Shown in pieces: positions 21,663-33,335 of a stretch of DNA of 64,000 nt (position 1 is its first letter; every line of letters starts with the position of its first letter). The notes under the pieces are model-generated. The model saw only the letters and a list, made by a program, of their open reading frames with translations. It was not told the DNA's origin and made no database searches. The translations under genes and the position numbers were made by a program. The stretch covers positions 3,844,001 through 3,908,000 of the forward strand of contig CATNEN010000001.1 of NCBI GenBank assembly GCA_950097015.1, read 5' to 3'. This DNA comes from Macrostomum hystrix (lineage: Eukaryota > Animalia > Platyhelminthes).

Positions 21663-22303
21663 AGGCCGTATGAATAAAGTGAGCAATTGCTCAAAGTCTA
21701 CGAGATTCTCAATTCAGAATGAATAAATTGAGTGCTTGCTGCTGAGCAAATGCTCACCATGATTGTCTCAAGAGTTAGTGTTCACCCCTCGAGCAATTGC
21801 TCTGTGACTGAGTCGCCAATAGTCAATTACTGACACTGGCTTTCCAAGAGACTCGCGTCAGCAAGAATAAACTCTGGTCATAGACAAATGTCTGAAACAT
21901 TTGCTCGCGTTTTCTTGAGTCAAGTCGGCAGCGTGCTCAGCGCCTTATATATTCAGCATCATACTTTCCCACTGCTCTGTTAGCATAGCGAACGAAAATC
22001 TCATCGTCTTCGTCTTGAGTCGACATTTTTTCATACCACGTAGCAAATCTTGCTTGCGAGGCGAGCCTCGTTCGTTCCATTAAACATCAAAGAAGAGGGA
22101 TCACCATTTTGTCTATGGTACAAATTCGCTGAGCATCTGCTCGGGTGGCTGGGAACTTGCTCGAAGTTTGAGATAAATGATTATTCATACGAAAAGTGAG
22201 CGTTTGCTCAAACTCAGAGCAATTGCTCAGCTCTGAGCACTTGCTCAAACTCAGAGTAGGAGCATTTACTCATGAGCAATTGCTCAATTTATTCATACGG
22301 CCT
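21663..22303. mobile_element. MITE / non-autonomous DNA transposon, PIF-Harbinger-like
   Basis: ~31-bp TIRs AGGCCGTATGAATAAA(G/T)TGAGCAATTGCTCA, 3-bp TSD ATT, internal TGAGCA..TGCTCA palindromes. Confidence 0.8.
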
Positions 22304-22703
22304 ATTGTCTTCGACTTAAAGTGCTTTGTGGATTTCGCTACTGCTGCTTGCGGCAAGTCGCTTGGCTTTTGAGCAGTTCTTTAGACGGTAGATGAGAAGC
22401 AGATGCGAAGCGTCTGCAACTAATGAGTCTTGGACTTAAAGCCCAATCAGCGAACTCTATAAGGGTGATAAGACAGATCAGTAAAAATCTCGCTTGCATC
22501 ATCAAAGTTAGAAGCTTCTTTGGATGGTTTTTGGTATCAAACCACCGGATGAGAACGATTTTTTACTAGCTTAATCGCTGCGAGGTCATTGGTCATTGTT
22601 TAAGCAACTCACATGTTAATCTCGAAATTTCGAAAGCATTTTAAAAAGCTTTATTAGACAAATAGAAAATAGCCAATAAGATTATTGTTGAGTTATATTT
22701 TAT

Positions 22704-22997
22704 TTACTCTAAAAAATTGTATTGATCGTCCCAGTCGCCTAACTCAATAGGACCTGGAGGGACGGCTGTCTCAGCGGTTGTACTGTTGTCGTGGTGGTAG
22801 TCGGCGCGACTGTAGACGTGGTCGTAGTTGTTGTTGGCTTTGGAGCTCAAGTTGGAGGTAGCGATCGATTGCCTGAAGATTTGCGTCAGATAGACCAAAC
22901 GATGATGATGGTGGTAATGACGACGCCAATAATCCAGGAGCGAGACTCGTCCAGCTCGACGAGTGCGATGCGATTTCTGCACAGGCTTGTCTAGGTC
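22704..22997 (-). pseudogene. Prepropeptide family exon 2 (member C), His/Arg/Tyr-rich; acceptor appears mutated
   Basis: DLDKPVQKSHRTRRAGRVSLLDYWRRHYHHHHRLVY...TAVPPGPIELGDWDDQYNFLE*, preceded by a polypyrimidine tract and CAC instead of CAG; no intact exon 1 found. Confidence 0.5.
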
Positions 22998-23136
22998 GTG
23001 GTGATACGTGGGAAACAAGGTGAGAATACGGTAATCCTGTTGCATGCATGCTGCAGGGAATGAAATTTTAGAAGTACGATTTTTTCAACTCGTATTTTAT
23101 AGTTATTGCTCCCTGGAGCCTTTCACGCAAACGGGA

Positions 23137-23193
23137 TCACCGGTTTAAAACAAGGCGCCCGAACCAGCATTTCCTATCTTGTCGATAAAGCTC
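23137..23193 (-). pseudogene. Prepropeptide family exon 2 remnant (member D)
   Basis: TTTACAG acceptor, then ELYRQDRKCWFGRLVLNR*; same 8-aa-to-K spacer. Confidence 0.35.
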
Positions 23194-23682
23194 CTGTAAA
23201 TTGGTCGAATTTAATTCACCTTCTGAGCTAGAACAGGTAAGAAAATGGTTTGCCAAATACTAAGCAACTTACTCGTAATCAATCACGTTGATAAAACCAC
23301 TTTATTAAAAGTTGAGCAATGATATTTTATTGAATCGAAAGCTTCATCAAGCTGCTGCAGTTCACTGATCAAGGCTTAATAAGGTCCTCGGCATCATGCA
23401 TCAGAGCAGACGACCAAACACATCAGTGGGATACCGACTATACAATCTAACTATAACTATTCAACTATTTCCCAAGAAGCATGTTCAATGGCAGATAATC
23501 TGTTTATAAGAAAATGTTAAAATTTACTTGTAAAAATGTGCTTTATAGTTTTGACTAAATTCGCACGTGGCGCGACGTGCTTCCAATGCCCGTGCTTAAA
23601 ATTACTACAATAGTTTACATCGTATAGTATGTCATCAATAAAATTAAACACATTCATTCTGGCACATCTTGCAAATTATTAT

Positions 23683-24106
23683 GGATCTACAGGAACTGGC
23701 TCCACTGGCACTGGCTCCACTGGCACTGGCTCCACTGGCACTGGCTCCACTGGCACTGGCTCCACTGGCACAGGCTCCACTGACACTGGCTCCACTGGCA
23801 CTGGCTCCACTGGCACTGGCTCCACTGGCACTGGCTCCACTGGCACTGGCTCCACTGGCACTGGCTCCACTGGCACAGGCTCCACTGACACTGGCTCCAC
23901 TGGCACTGGCTCCACTGGCATTGGCTCCACTGGCACTGGCTCCACTGGCACTGGCTCCACTGACACTGGCTCCACTGGCACTGGCTCCACTGGCATTGGC
24001 TCCACTGGCACTGGCTCCACTGGCACTGGCTCCACTGGCACTGGCTCCACTGGCACTGGCTCCACTGGCATTGGCTCCACTGGCACTGGCTCCACTGGCA
24101 CTGGTT
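23683..24106. repeat. 15-bp tandem repeat (GGCTCCACTGGCACT), ~28 copies; reads (EPVPV)n on the minus strand
   Basis: Direct periodicity. Confidence 0.95.
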
Positions 24107-24423
24107 CCTCAGGCAGCGGCACTGCAGAGCCCCGGCGGTGGTGGCGGGGCTCTGCGCAGGGATATTATTAATGGTGCAAGTGCGCTGAATATTTTCAATC
24201 TTCGCCATTTCTTTACCGGTTGTTGGAATTCCTGTGAAATTTTGACAGAAGTTTTAATCCCAAAAACTGTCATATATAATCTTCAGCCTGACTTTTAAAA
24301 GGCTCGTAGTTACCAGTTAGTAACTTACTTCTTCGTCAAATCGGCTGTCACCAGTATCTTCCGTTCGCTCGTCCTCAGTCAAAGCGTTTGCAATGGCCCT
24401 CCCAGCAGTCGATCGCGATCGAC

Positions 24424-24672
24424 ATTTCCGCCTTCTCGCGCCCGGAAGTTACGGTCTTGTTGCCCATGCGGAGTGGGGCATCGGGAAGCGGCTCATGCGC
24501 ATGGCCATCAAGAGACCGGATGTTATTCCAGACCTTGCTGTCTGGGGCCCTGGCCGACAGCTTCGCCGACAGATCCCTTCTAGGCCTCTGCCTTCGCCTG
24601 TTGGAACACCCGATCGGCCGAATCGCGGGCGGCGCGGAAACCTGCGGCCGCTTCAAAGTTCTCCGCGGCGAC
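24424..24672 (-). mobile_element. Short GC-rich LINE ORF2 fragment (pre-RT region)
   Basis: KVWNNIRSLDG...PLRMGNKTVTSGREKAEM resembles the W..I..L / EKAE block upstream of non-LTR RT domains. Confidence 0.5.
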
Positions 24673-25090
24673 TCCAATACCAGATCCAATAACAGATCCA
24701 CTACCAGATCCAATACCAGATCCAATACCAGATCCACTACCAGATCCAATACCAGATCCAATACCAGATCCAATACCAGATCCAATACCAGATCCAATAC
24801 CAGATCCACTACCAGATCCAATACCAGATCCAATACCAGATCCAATACCAGATTCAATACCAGATCCAATACCAGATTCAATACCAGATCCAATACCAGA
24901 TCCAATACCAGATCCAATACCAGATCCAATATCAGATCCAATACCAGATCCAATACCAGATCCACTACCAGATCCAATACCAGATCCAATACCAGATTCA
25001 ATACCAGATCCAATACCAGATTCAATACCAGATCCAATACCAGATCCAATACCAGATCCACTACCAGATCCAATACCAGATCCAATACCA
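24673..25090. repeat. 12-bp tandem repeat (CCAGATCCAATA), ~35 copies
   Basis: Direct periodicity. Confidence 0.95.
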
Positions 25091-25570
25091 CATCTACTAT
25101 AAAAAAAGTGCTAAAAGCTAAAAATTCTCGATCAGTCTTCATTGAGTTTCTAATACAATCAGGCTCGAACCAATGCTCGAAAAAATATTATATTGTATAA
25201 AATATATTATGTTAAATTATATTATTTATATCGAAAAATTAATATTTTGAATATTATTAGAAAATTAATATTAATAGCTATGCATAACATTATTTTCTTT
25301 TAGTTTTGAATCTGATACTGCTTGCAGCTATGCTCATGAATATTTCCTTAGTTTTGTATCGAATGTAACACTCGCAGCTACACTCGAAAACACTATTCTC
25401 TTCTCACAGCGTGAAGAGTAATAATAAGGCTAAAAACTATTTGCTCTTACAGTAGCTAATCGAAAGCACTTACTATTTATACTCGAACCCAAAAATGCCT
25501 ATAAAGTTATTTTAATCAAAACCGGCAAGTCTTTAAACCAAACGATTCGGCCCAAATGTCGAGCCCACAA

Positions 25571-28354
25571 ATGTTGCGCCTTGGTAAGCTAAGAAGTTTT
25601 CTTTATTTTTAGTGTGACGAAATTAACGGCAGACAGAGTCAGGCGGAAGTTCAATATTCCAATTAGAGTCCAGAGTTCGCGTAATCTAGTGTAGCGGTAG
25701 CACTTTATCTTTATTTATTATTACTGGGACACGACAAGCAATATAATTAAAGTCAGGTGCAGGAGCTCAATGATCACGATGCAATAGAGAAGACAGCAGA
25801 TTACAGTAGTGACAAAGAGCAGTGACAAAAGGGGTGGGCCGGTTGCGGCACGGGCGGGCCCAGGGGGCCTAGTTAAATAAGCTAGCCCGCGGTAAAAACA
25901 GGGCGATCGATAATCTAGAGAACCAGAGCACGCACGCTCATTGGCTGAGAGAATTGACATTAATGCAACTGCGAGATAAGTTTAGGGATAGCGCGATGTG
26001 CGTTGGCGTTTACTTACAGTAACAATCTAAGAAATATACGGAATTGCAAAGTTGGTGACAGCGTAATTACATTTGATAAACGGCCCAATTCAGTACCACA
26101 TAAATTTAAGCTTCATAGGGGCTCTTGGAGTAAGTGACAACGTCGCATTAGCTCCTTTATTTAATTGCTTTTCGTTCTTTATCCTCTTCGTTTAATTTTT
26201 AGTGCTGCTTGTGCTGACTGCTGCGCTGGCTCAAGCCTCAGTGTCCATCACCAGCTCCAGCTTGGACGGGCCGCATCCGTCCACCATGGAACTCGAAGTT
26301 CAACTGCCGAAAACCAACAAGAAAGTCCGCATTCCGCTGACTAAGACCGAGGCGTTCGAGAATGTGCCAATGACAGTTGCCGAAAATGGCATCGAGAGGA
26401 CGTTTTCGGCGCGCCAACTTCATCACGCCAACCACGCTCACTACAGGGACATCGACACCAAGTCAGTGATCAGCGTCCGAGATCTGAACGGTCAGAAGCG
26501 CATCAGCGGTCACGTGATGCACGAAGGAGTCTCGTACTTCCTGGAGCCTACGGGCAAATCTGAGCATCGAGTCAAAAAGAACATGGCCAAGCCGGATGGC
26601 ATTGAATCGCAGATTGACAAGAAAATATTGCGAGCTGTGAGCCGCAAGAAGCGACAGTCAAATCAAGGAACCACGGAGTACGAGGTTGAGATAAGGCTGC
26701 TTGCTGATCACACTGTGTGGAACACTTTCAAGACAATCTATGGCTCCGATGACACAGCCATGACGGAGATTCTCTACTATTACACGCACATTTTGAACGG
26801 CATGGACACGGCCTTCAGAAACATCGGTTCGCCGTCGATGAGTGTCAAGTGCATCGGCTTCACCGTGGCCAAGAACCAGACAGACGCACCCTGGATGCCT
26901 CCAGCTGGTTCTGCTGACAGTGAGTGTTGGATACTTAAAATCAAGCTTGCAGTCTTTACATTCAGTATAAAGGAAAAAAGTTTCTCATTGTCAATTGGTG
27001 AGTGAGAGCACGATTAGATTCGACTTTCTTTTCCGCATTTCAGCCAACAATGCCGGCGCTATCCTGCACTACATCCAGATCTATTCGATGGACAAGGGAG
27101 CCGATCACGAGATGGCATTCACGCACACCGACATCCAGAGTCCCGGCAGGTTCGCCATCGGCGGCATGACCTACATTGGCGGCGCATGCAAGGAGTCGCG
27201 CCAGAGCATCATAAAGGACCTGGGCCTCCACAGCTGGATCGTCGCTTCGCACGAGCTGGCCCACAATTTGGGCTCCGCTCATGACAACGACGAAGATCAG
27301 TGCAAGATTGCTTCGAAGTATCTCATGGCACGCTCGGCTGGCTATTATAATCTCAGCGATGTAATGAACTCCTATCGGTTCTCACCCTGCACCGTGAGGT
27401 ACATCCAGAACTTCATTAACACTGGTAATAAACTATTAATCTACATGTCAATTTATACCTACCTTCGTATTGCACGGTCTAAGATAAAAATATTTGCAGG
27501 ATGGTTGTGGGCACTGCAGACAAATTATTTGGTGACAAAAGACCCGCAGCCAGCAAAAAAATACTGCCTGATTCCTCTGACCACTGAAACCCAGCGATAT
27601 CATCACAGAGATACTGAACATATACCCAGACTTTTCATCGTCCAGTAGTGTACTCTTTCACTAACCCTTGATGGTTTGCCCCCGCCCAAGGGCGTCGTAA
27701 ATTACACGACAAGCCCCCAAGCCTTCTCTCCGCGGCTGCGCTCCAAATAAATGTGGCTTCGCCCCGGATTTAAGCTCAGGGACCTTGGAGAGAGAGTCAA
27801 ACTTGTGAACAGCTCTGCCACTCATTCCTGAAAGTAGTTAAGACAAGCGTTGTATATTGAACTTTCCAGGAAATGCCAACTGTCTGAGGAGCCGTCAGAG
27901 CGTATCGGACACCTCCATGACTGCGGTGGTTCGAGAGGGCAGTCGCATGACTCTCGACCAGGTGTGCCGACTGACTTATCCGAGCAGCCCTGGCAAGTTT
28001 TTCCTCACTACCAATATCTTTAAGAATCCGGCAGAAATCTGCGCCAAGATCTACTGCATACCGAAAGCTGGATCCTCCTACGGTATCACGACAGGTGGTC
28101 TTCGCGCTCCGATCGGCTCGCCTTGCGGCAACAAGAAGAGCTGCAACTGGAACGGAGAGTGCGCGGCCGACGATGCGGCCCCGGCCGCCGACGAGGCCTG
28201 CTTCTGGGGCGACCTCTGGGGAGATTACTGCCCCGGCTGGTGGGTCTACATCAAGAACCTGCGTGACAGCAACGAGATAGCCGTATCCAAGAGCTACTGT
28301 GCTCGATCGCTAAGCGGCTGCTGCAGAACTCTCAAAGCTCTGTGCACGTTTTGA
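25571..28354 (+). CDS. Secreted reprolysin/ADAM(TS)-like M12B metalloprotease, copy 1; exons 25571-25583, 26203-26919, 27044-27424, 27870-28354
   Basis: MLRLVLLVLTAALAQA signal, pro-domain, RKKR furin site, HELAHNLGSAHD zinc motif, YLMA Met-turn, FSPCT, Cys-rich domain; all introns phase 1 with GT-AG. Confidence 0.9.
25613..26147. mobile_element. Solo LTR in intron 1 of protease copy 1
   Basis: TGTGACG...CGTCGCA termini, TSD TTAG; the empty site is visible in paralog copy 2 (46461-46464). Confidence 0.85.
27650..27826 (-). mobile_element. SINE family A fragment in a protease intron (shorter paralogous copy at 47828-47922)
   Basis: Reverse-complement similarity to 5941-6110. Confidence 0.7.
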
Positions 28355-28994
28355 TTGGCAGTAGACGAGAAGCTCTGAATGGATTTAATAGTCACAACTC
28401 GCCCAGTCTGGTTTGTGGTCTCTTATCCCTGCATCAGTAAATTTTTAACTGATGCCGAAAAAACGAATGAACATTGTTATTCTATGAAAAAAAAATGTTT
28501 TCAAATTACATGGGGAAAAAATAATTGGCGACCGTCTAATGGTGACTTTCTTCAATGTTTTGACTTACGAGTTACTGATGAAAATGACTGAGCGGTGCGG
28601 CAATCGGAAAAATTTCAAGGACTTATTTGTAATGAAATAGCAGACCAAATAGAAAATACGAGTATAATAACTAGCACACTAAGGGGGCACTACTGTTTAG
28701 ACAAAAAATATTGTGTAATGCAGAAGGACAAAACACGCTTGAATGTAAACAAAAACAAAAACTCATTTCGTCAGTATAAATTTCCCTGATTGCGAATATA
28801 CGTGATTGCGATTCAACGAGAATATTTGAATTCTCACAAAATAAAAAATAGTCAGTCTGAGCTCGAATACATTCTGAGACATCCGGTCTCTACACCAGAG
28901 CCCCATTGGGGCAGAGTTACACAAGTAACTTACGTTTGATACGGCTCAGCTTAATGCTACTAAGGTAAATGTGAATACTATCCAGCAGCTGAGT

Positions 28995-29740
28995 AACAAT
29001 GTCCCCCCAGCAGCAGAGAACTAATTAAATGTCCGATGAGAGAGACCGATGTTCCGTCAGCAGCAGAGAACTAATGTCCCCCAAGCAGTAAGAAATCTAT
29101 GTCCCCCCCAGCTGCAGAGAACTAATGTCCCCTCAGTAGCAAATAACCAATGTCCCCCAGCAGTAAAGGACCAATGTCCCACAAACAGTAGAGAACTAAT
29201 TTCCCCTCAGCAGCAGAGAACCATGTCCCCCCAGCAGCAGAGAACCAATGTCCCCCCTAGCAGCAGAGAACCAATGTCCCCCCAGCAGCAGAGAACCAAT
29301 GTCCCCCCTAGCAGCAGAGAACCAATGTCCCCCCAGCAGCAGAGAACCAATGTCCCCCCTAGCAGCAGAGAACCAATGTCCCCCAGCAGCAGAGAACCAA
29401 TGTCCCCCCTAGCAGCAGAGAACCAATGTCCCCCCCAGCAGCAGAGAACCAATGTCCCCCCAGCAGCAGAGAACTAATTTCCCCCCTAGCAGCAGAGAAC
29501 CAATGTCCCCCCAGCAGCAGAGAACTAATTTCCCCCCTAGCAGCAGAGAACCAATGTCCCCCCAGCAGCAGAGAACTAATTTCCCCCCTAGCAGCAGAGA
29601 ACCAATGTCCCCCCAGCAGCAGAGAACTAATTTCCCCCCTAGCAGCAGAGAACCAATGTCCCCCCAGCAGCAGAGAACTAATTTCCCCCCTAGCAGCAGA
29701 GAACCAATGTCCCCCCAGCAGAAAAGAACCAATTCCCCCC
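28995..29740. repeat. ~22-23-bp minisatellite (CAGCAGAGAACCAATGTCCCCC) with higher-order dimers
   Basis: Direct periodicity; CCAATGT and CTAATTT units alternate at 29450-29715. Confidence 0.9.
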
Positions 29741-29949
29741 AAACAGAAGAGAACCTCCATAATACCAGAATGGAGGCTACTTCCAGGCTACCAAACCCCC
29801 AGCAAGAAATATTTGCCATCTTTCTTTGACAGGAAACCATTGCCCCCAAATAGCAGAGAAACGATTTTACTCAGCCCAGCAGGCAACAAATATCTCCTGT
29901 TACATCTCCTGTTACATGTGGCACTGTTAGACTCCTTTATAAACCGTTC

Positions 29950-30480
29950 GACTCTTTAGAAAACTGTAAGACTCCATTATTAACTGTTTTATATATTTTA
30001 TAAACTTTTAGACGCATTTGGTAAAGGGGTAATTAATGGACAACAACAACAACAACAACATAGTACGCTGTCAGAGTCTAGTACAGCGTCACAGGGGTAA
30101 GGGGTAAAGGGGTAATCAATGGACACATTTAGAAAAATGTTGTACGCATTTAAAAAAACGTTGGACACAAATTCAGAAAACTGGTAAACACATTTAGAAA
30201 ACTATTGGACTCATTTAGAAAACTTTTATACAAGTTTAGAAAACTGTTAGACACATTAAAAACTGTTGGGCACATGTCTAAAACTGTTGGACACATTTAT
30301 AAATTTGTTGAACATATTAAAAAAACGTTGGACCCATTTAGAAAACACTTTGACACATTCAGAAAACTTTGGAAACATTGAAAAAACTGTTAGACACATT
30401 TATAAGACTGTTAAACACGTTTAGAAGACGTTTGGACACATTAATAAAACTGTTGGACACATTTGGAAAACGGTTAGAAA
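29950..30480. repeat. Degenerate ~21-bp repeat (TTTAGAAAACTGTTGGACACA)
   Basis: Recurrent motif. Confidence 0.75.
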
Positions 30481-31215
30481 CTTTTATCGATTAACATCGA
30501 GACAAGGTTTGCTGATTCATTTATGTTGTAGTAAGAAAGTAGTAGATGTCTCGTTAGTATTGAGCAATATTTCGTTGAATTGAAGTCTGCCATGCACATT
30601 TTACCTGTTTAAGTCCAACACACGCGGCAATGTCAGAAAAATGTAAAAATTAAAAATAAATAACGCTTTTCGCTGTGCTCGACATGTTTTTTTAGTTCTG
30701 AATCTGATAAAACTTGCAGCAATGCTAAAAATTCTAAAAAAATCCTTCCTTAGTCTGAGTATCGAATAACACTTGCTGCTACACTCGAAAAAACATATCT
30801 TTTCTCACAGCGAGAAGAGTGATAAAAAAGCAAACAAATATTTGCTTTAACGTTAGCTAAGCGCTTACTATTTATACTGGAACCAAAAAATGTCTAATAA
30901 AAAACTAATGAACAGGCACTTTACGTTTTTTACTGTTGATGATAGAAGATAAAGAAGCAGTAACAAAACTGATGCTGAAGTTCAACTGCATTCTGCCAAA
31001 TAATAAAAGTACTTTACTTCGGAGCTAGATGAAAAGAAAGCGGCACAATGATCGAAGTCGAGACAATGTTTGACAATATGAAGGCTGCAGTGTTATGGAT
31101 AGAAAGGAGGTCGAGAGGTCTCGCTAGCATTGAGCATCATAAAAGCCCAATCAATGAAATCTGCTATGTACATTTTACTCGTAATAATAACTGCAGCATG
31201 CAGGGGGTGGGCAAT

Positions 31216-32402
31216 GGAATATCATTTGGTGACACTAGACTCTCAGGCTCAGCCATCGAGGAGGCAATTCTGCCCATTTCGCTGACTCCTGAGCACATAC
31301 GCATACAGATATACTCAGCAACATTAAAAACCGCCACCCTAGAGCGAGGCGAACGGTTGATCTCAACTCACTGCCGCAAATTACGTAATGTGCACCTGAC
31401 TGCAAGGAGAGCTACCGTGGGAGAGTGGGGTGGGTAAAGGGTTATCGCGAAGTTCAAAATGGATGATTTAGCACACTCAGTCAAAATGCAGCTAACGAGT
31501 CACCAGTATTACTCGTTATCTCCAAAATGGTCCGCCACATGACCGATGGTGAACGATGGCGAGCCATAGGCATGCTTGAGGCCGGAATGTCCATCCGAGC
31601 AGTAGCCCGTCCATTCGGCAGATCACGCTCGACGATTCGCAGCCTTCTGCAGAAGTCCAGAGACACTGGCAGTGTCGCGCACGCAAGTCGTGGAGTCCAG
31701 CGTGGTCATCTGCGCAGCACAGCAATGGCTGATCGGCGACTGCTGCGAATTGTGAGTGGAAACCCCACCTTACCTGCCACATTGCTTCGACTCATCTGGG
31801 GTGAAAGAAGCAGGCGCGGGAACATCTTGAGCGCCCAAACAATTCGACGGAGAATTTGGGCGGCTGGGCTGCGCTGCCGGAAGATGCGCAAGCGCCCCCG
31901 ACTGACGCCACACGAGAGCTGTGGGCGATGCAGCGAATTCACTGGAGGCAGCAGTTATTTAATAACACACCCGAATTTCCATGCTACTGTCAGGTAGTTT
32001 GACTCTCTTTCGTTTCTCTGGTTACGGAGTCGGGGTGGGTGAGCAGAGTGCATTGCGTCATTCGCGGTTTTTCACCTCTCTCTCAGGTGCACATTGCGTC
32101 ATTTGTGGTAGTGAGTTGAGATGAATCGTTTTACTCGCTCTAGGGTGGCGGCATTTAATGTTGCTGAATGTACTGTACGAAGGTACACGCTCACACAGAC
32201 ATAGGTGCTTAGTTCTGCCCTGAATATTTTGTCATGAGTCAGTGTACATTTTCGCGGTGCCTTGGAGGTTGGCCCTCAAGGGCGTAAATTGCTCGACAAG
32301 CCCCAAAGCCTTCTCTCCGCGGCTGCGCCCCAAATGAATGTGGCCTCGCCGTAGAATCGAGCTCAAGGGACCTTGGTGCGAGAGGTCAATGCGTTAACCG
32401 CT
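31216..32402 (-). mobile_element. SINE family A, near full length, split by a Tc1 insertion
   Basis: 31216-31311 and 32171-32402 join into a colinear match to 5941-6218 and 48508-48703. Confidence 0.75.
31312..32170 (+). mobile_element. Internally deleted Tc1/mariner transposon
   Basis: Diverged TIRs (~90 bp alignable), TA TSD; ORF 31527-31997 encodes only the paired-like HTH (ERWRAIGMLEAGMSIRAVAR..GRSRSTI) with no DDE domain. Confidence 0.85.
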
Positions 32403-33335
32403 GAAAACACGAGTATATTTTAGAAGACAGAAGAGCAATAGATTTTTATCGCCTTGATCGCCTTTAGTACTTTGATAAAAATTCACGATTCAGAAAATTG
32501 TCTTGAGAGAGATATTATTGCGCTTACATCAGCCTTCGAAACAAGTCCCATCAGCTCTATTAGAGAATTCTGGTCTCTAGATGAATAGCTTATTCTGATT
32601 GCTCATTATATATATAGTCTTCTAGTCGCAACTAGAATCATCGGAGCTAGCTGGACAGGTATTTTATATTTTACTTGATAATTGGAAAATATTTTTTACA
32701 AGCTGTGACGTTCTCACGTGTTGGTGGCCCCGAGAGAGGCCGTTTTAACAATAACACGTTTGTTTAATTTAAGCCATCATTTTTCGCTTTCATTACGCGC
32801 TACTATAAGTAAACGTTAGAGTACGAACTCATATTAATTTGCTTAACGCGACCGGCCCAGGCGTACAATTTAATCAATAATTTGCAAGGTCAATGTGTTG
32901 TTTTCGTGCCAGCCAATGAGAGGGCTGTGCATATTTTATGCGTGGCCAAAATTAAGCTTCTCGCGTGCACCCACCCCCAGCCCGCTCGTTATCAGTCTGG
33001 TTTGTCGTTCGTTTGCCGCCCCCCCGTTTGCCCGCTCCGTCTCGTCCTCCGTTCCCTCCCGTTCCGGGGTCATAGCCAGCCACTCTGCCATCGCCAATTC
33101 TCGTATTGTTATCTCGTCAGCCAGAAGTACCGCCACTGCCACAGTCCACGTCATCGTCACCCTTTCTCTCACCTCGGTTCATTGTTTGGTATCATCGCCA
33201 TTTGGATTCTCACCTAGCTCTGGCAACCTCACGACATTGTTAGCCTCGCCACTTCGTCATCTTGCTAAAATTAGCTACCTATTTTTGTTGCATAGCCGTC
33301 TATTGCAATCTCAGTATTGCCATTGCGTTCCGACT

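Larger units (their letters stand above)
24109..25142 (-). pseudogene. Prepropeptide family member E, with exon 1 disrupted by an insertion
   Basis: MKTDREFLAFSTFFIV..[insertion]..TAGRAIANALTEDERTEDTGDSRFDEE|GTAAG (24329); acceptor at 24231 gives EFQQPVKKWRRLKIFSALAPLIISLRRAPPPPPGLCSAAA*. Confidence 0.6.

Noticed and set aside
23629-24171. (GSTGT)n ORF resembling ice-nucleation or antifreeze proteins
   Set aside because: A 15-bp array open in most frames; splice signals and family context favour the minus strand
24375-25200. (VLDL)n and (RSNT)n ORFs
   Set aside because: 12-bp satellite plus LINE scrap, not genuine proteins
29049-29959. SSREPMSPQQQRT repeat ORFs
   Set aside because: Minisatellite with irregular unit length causing frame changes
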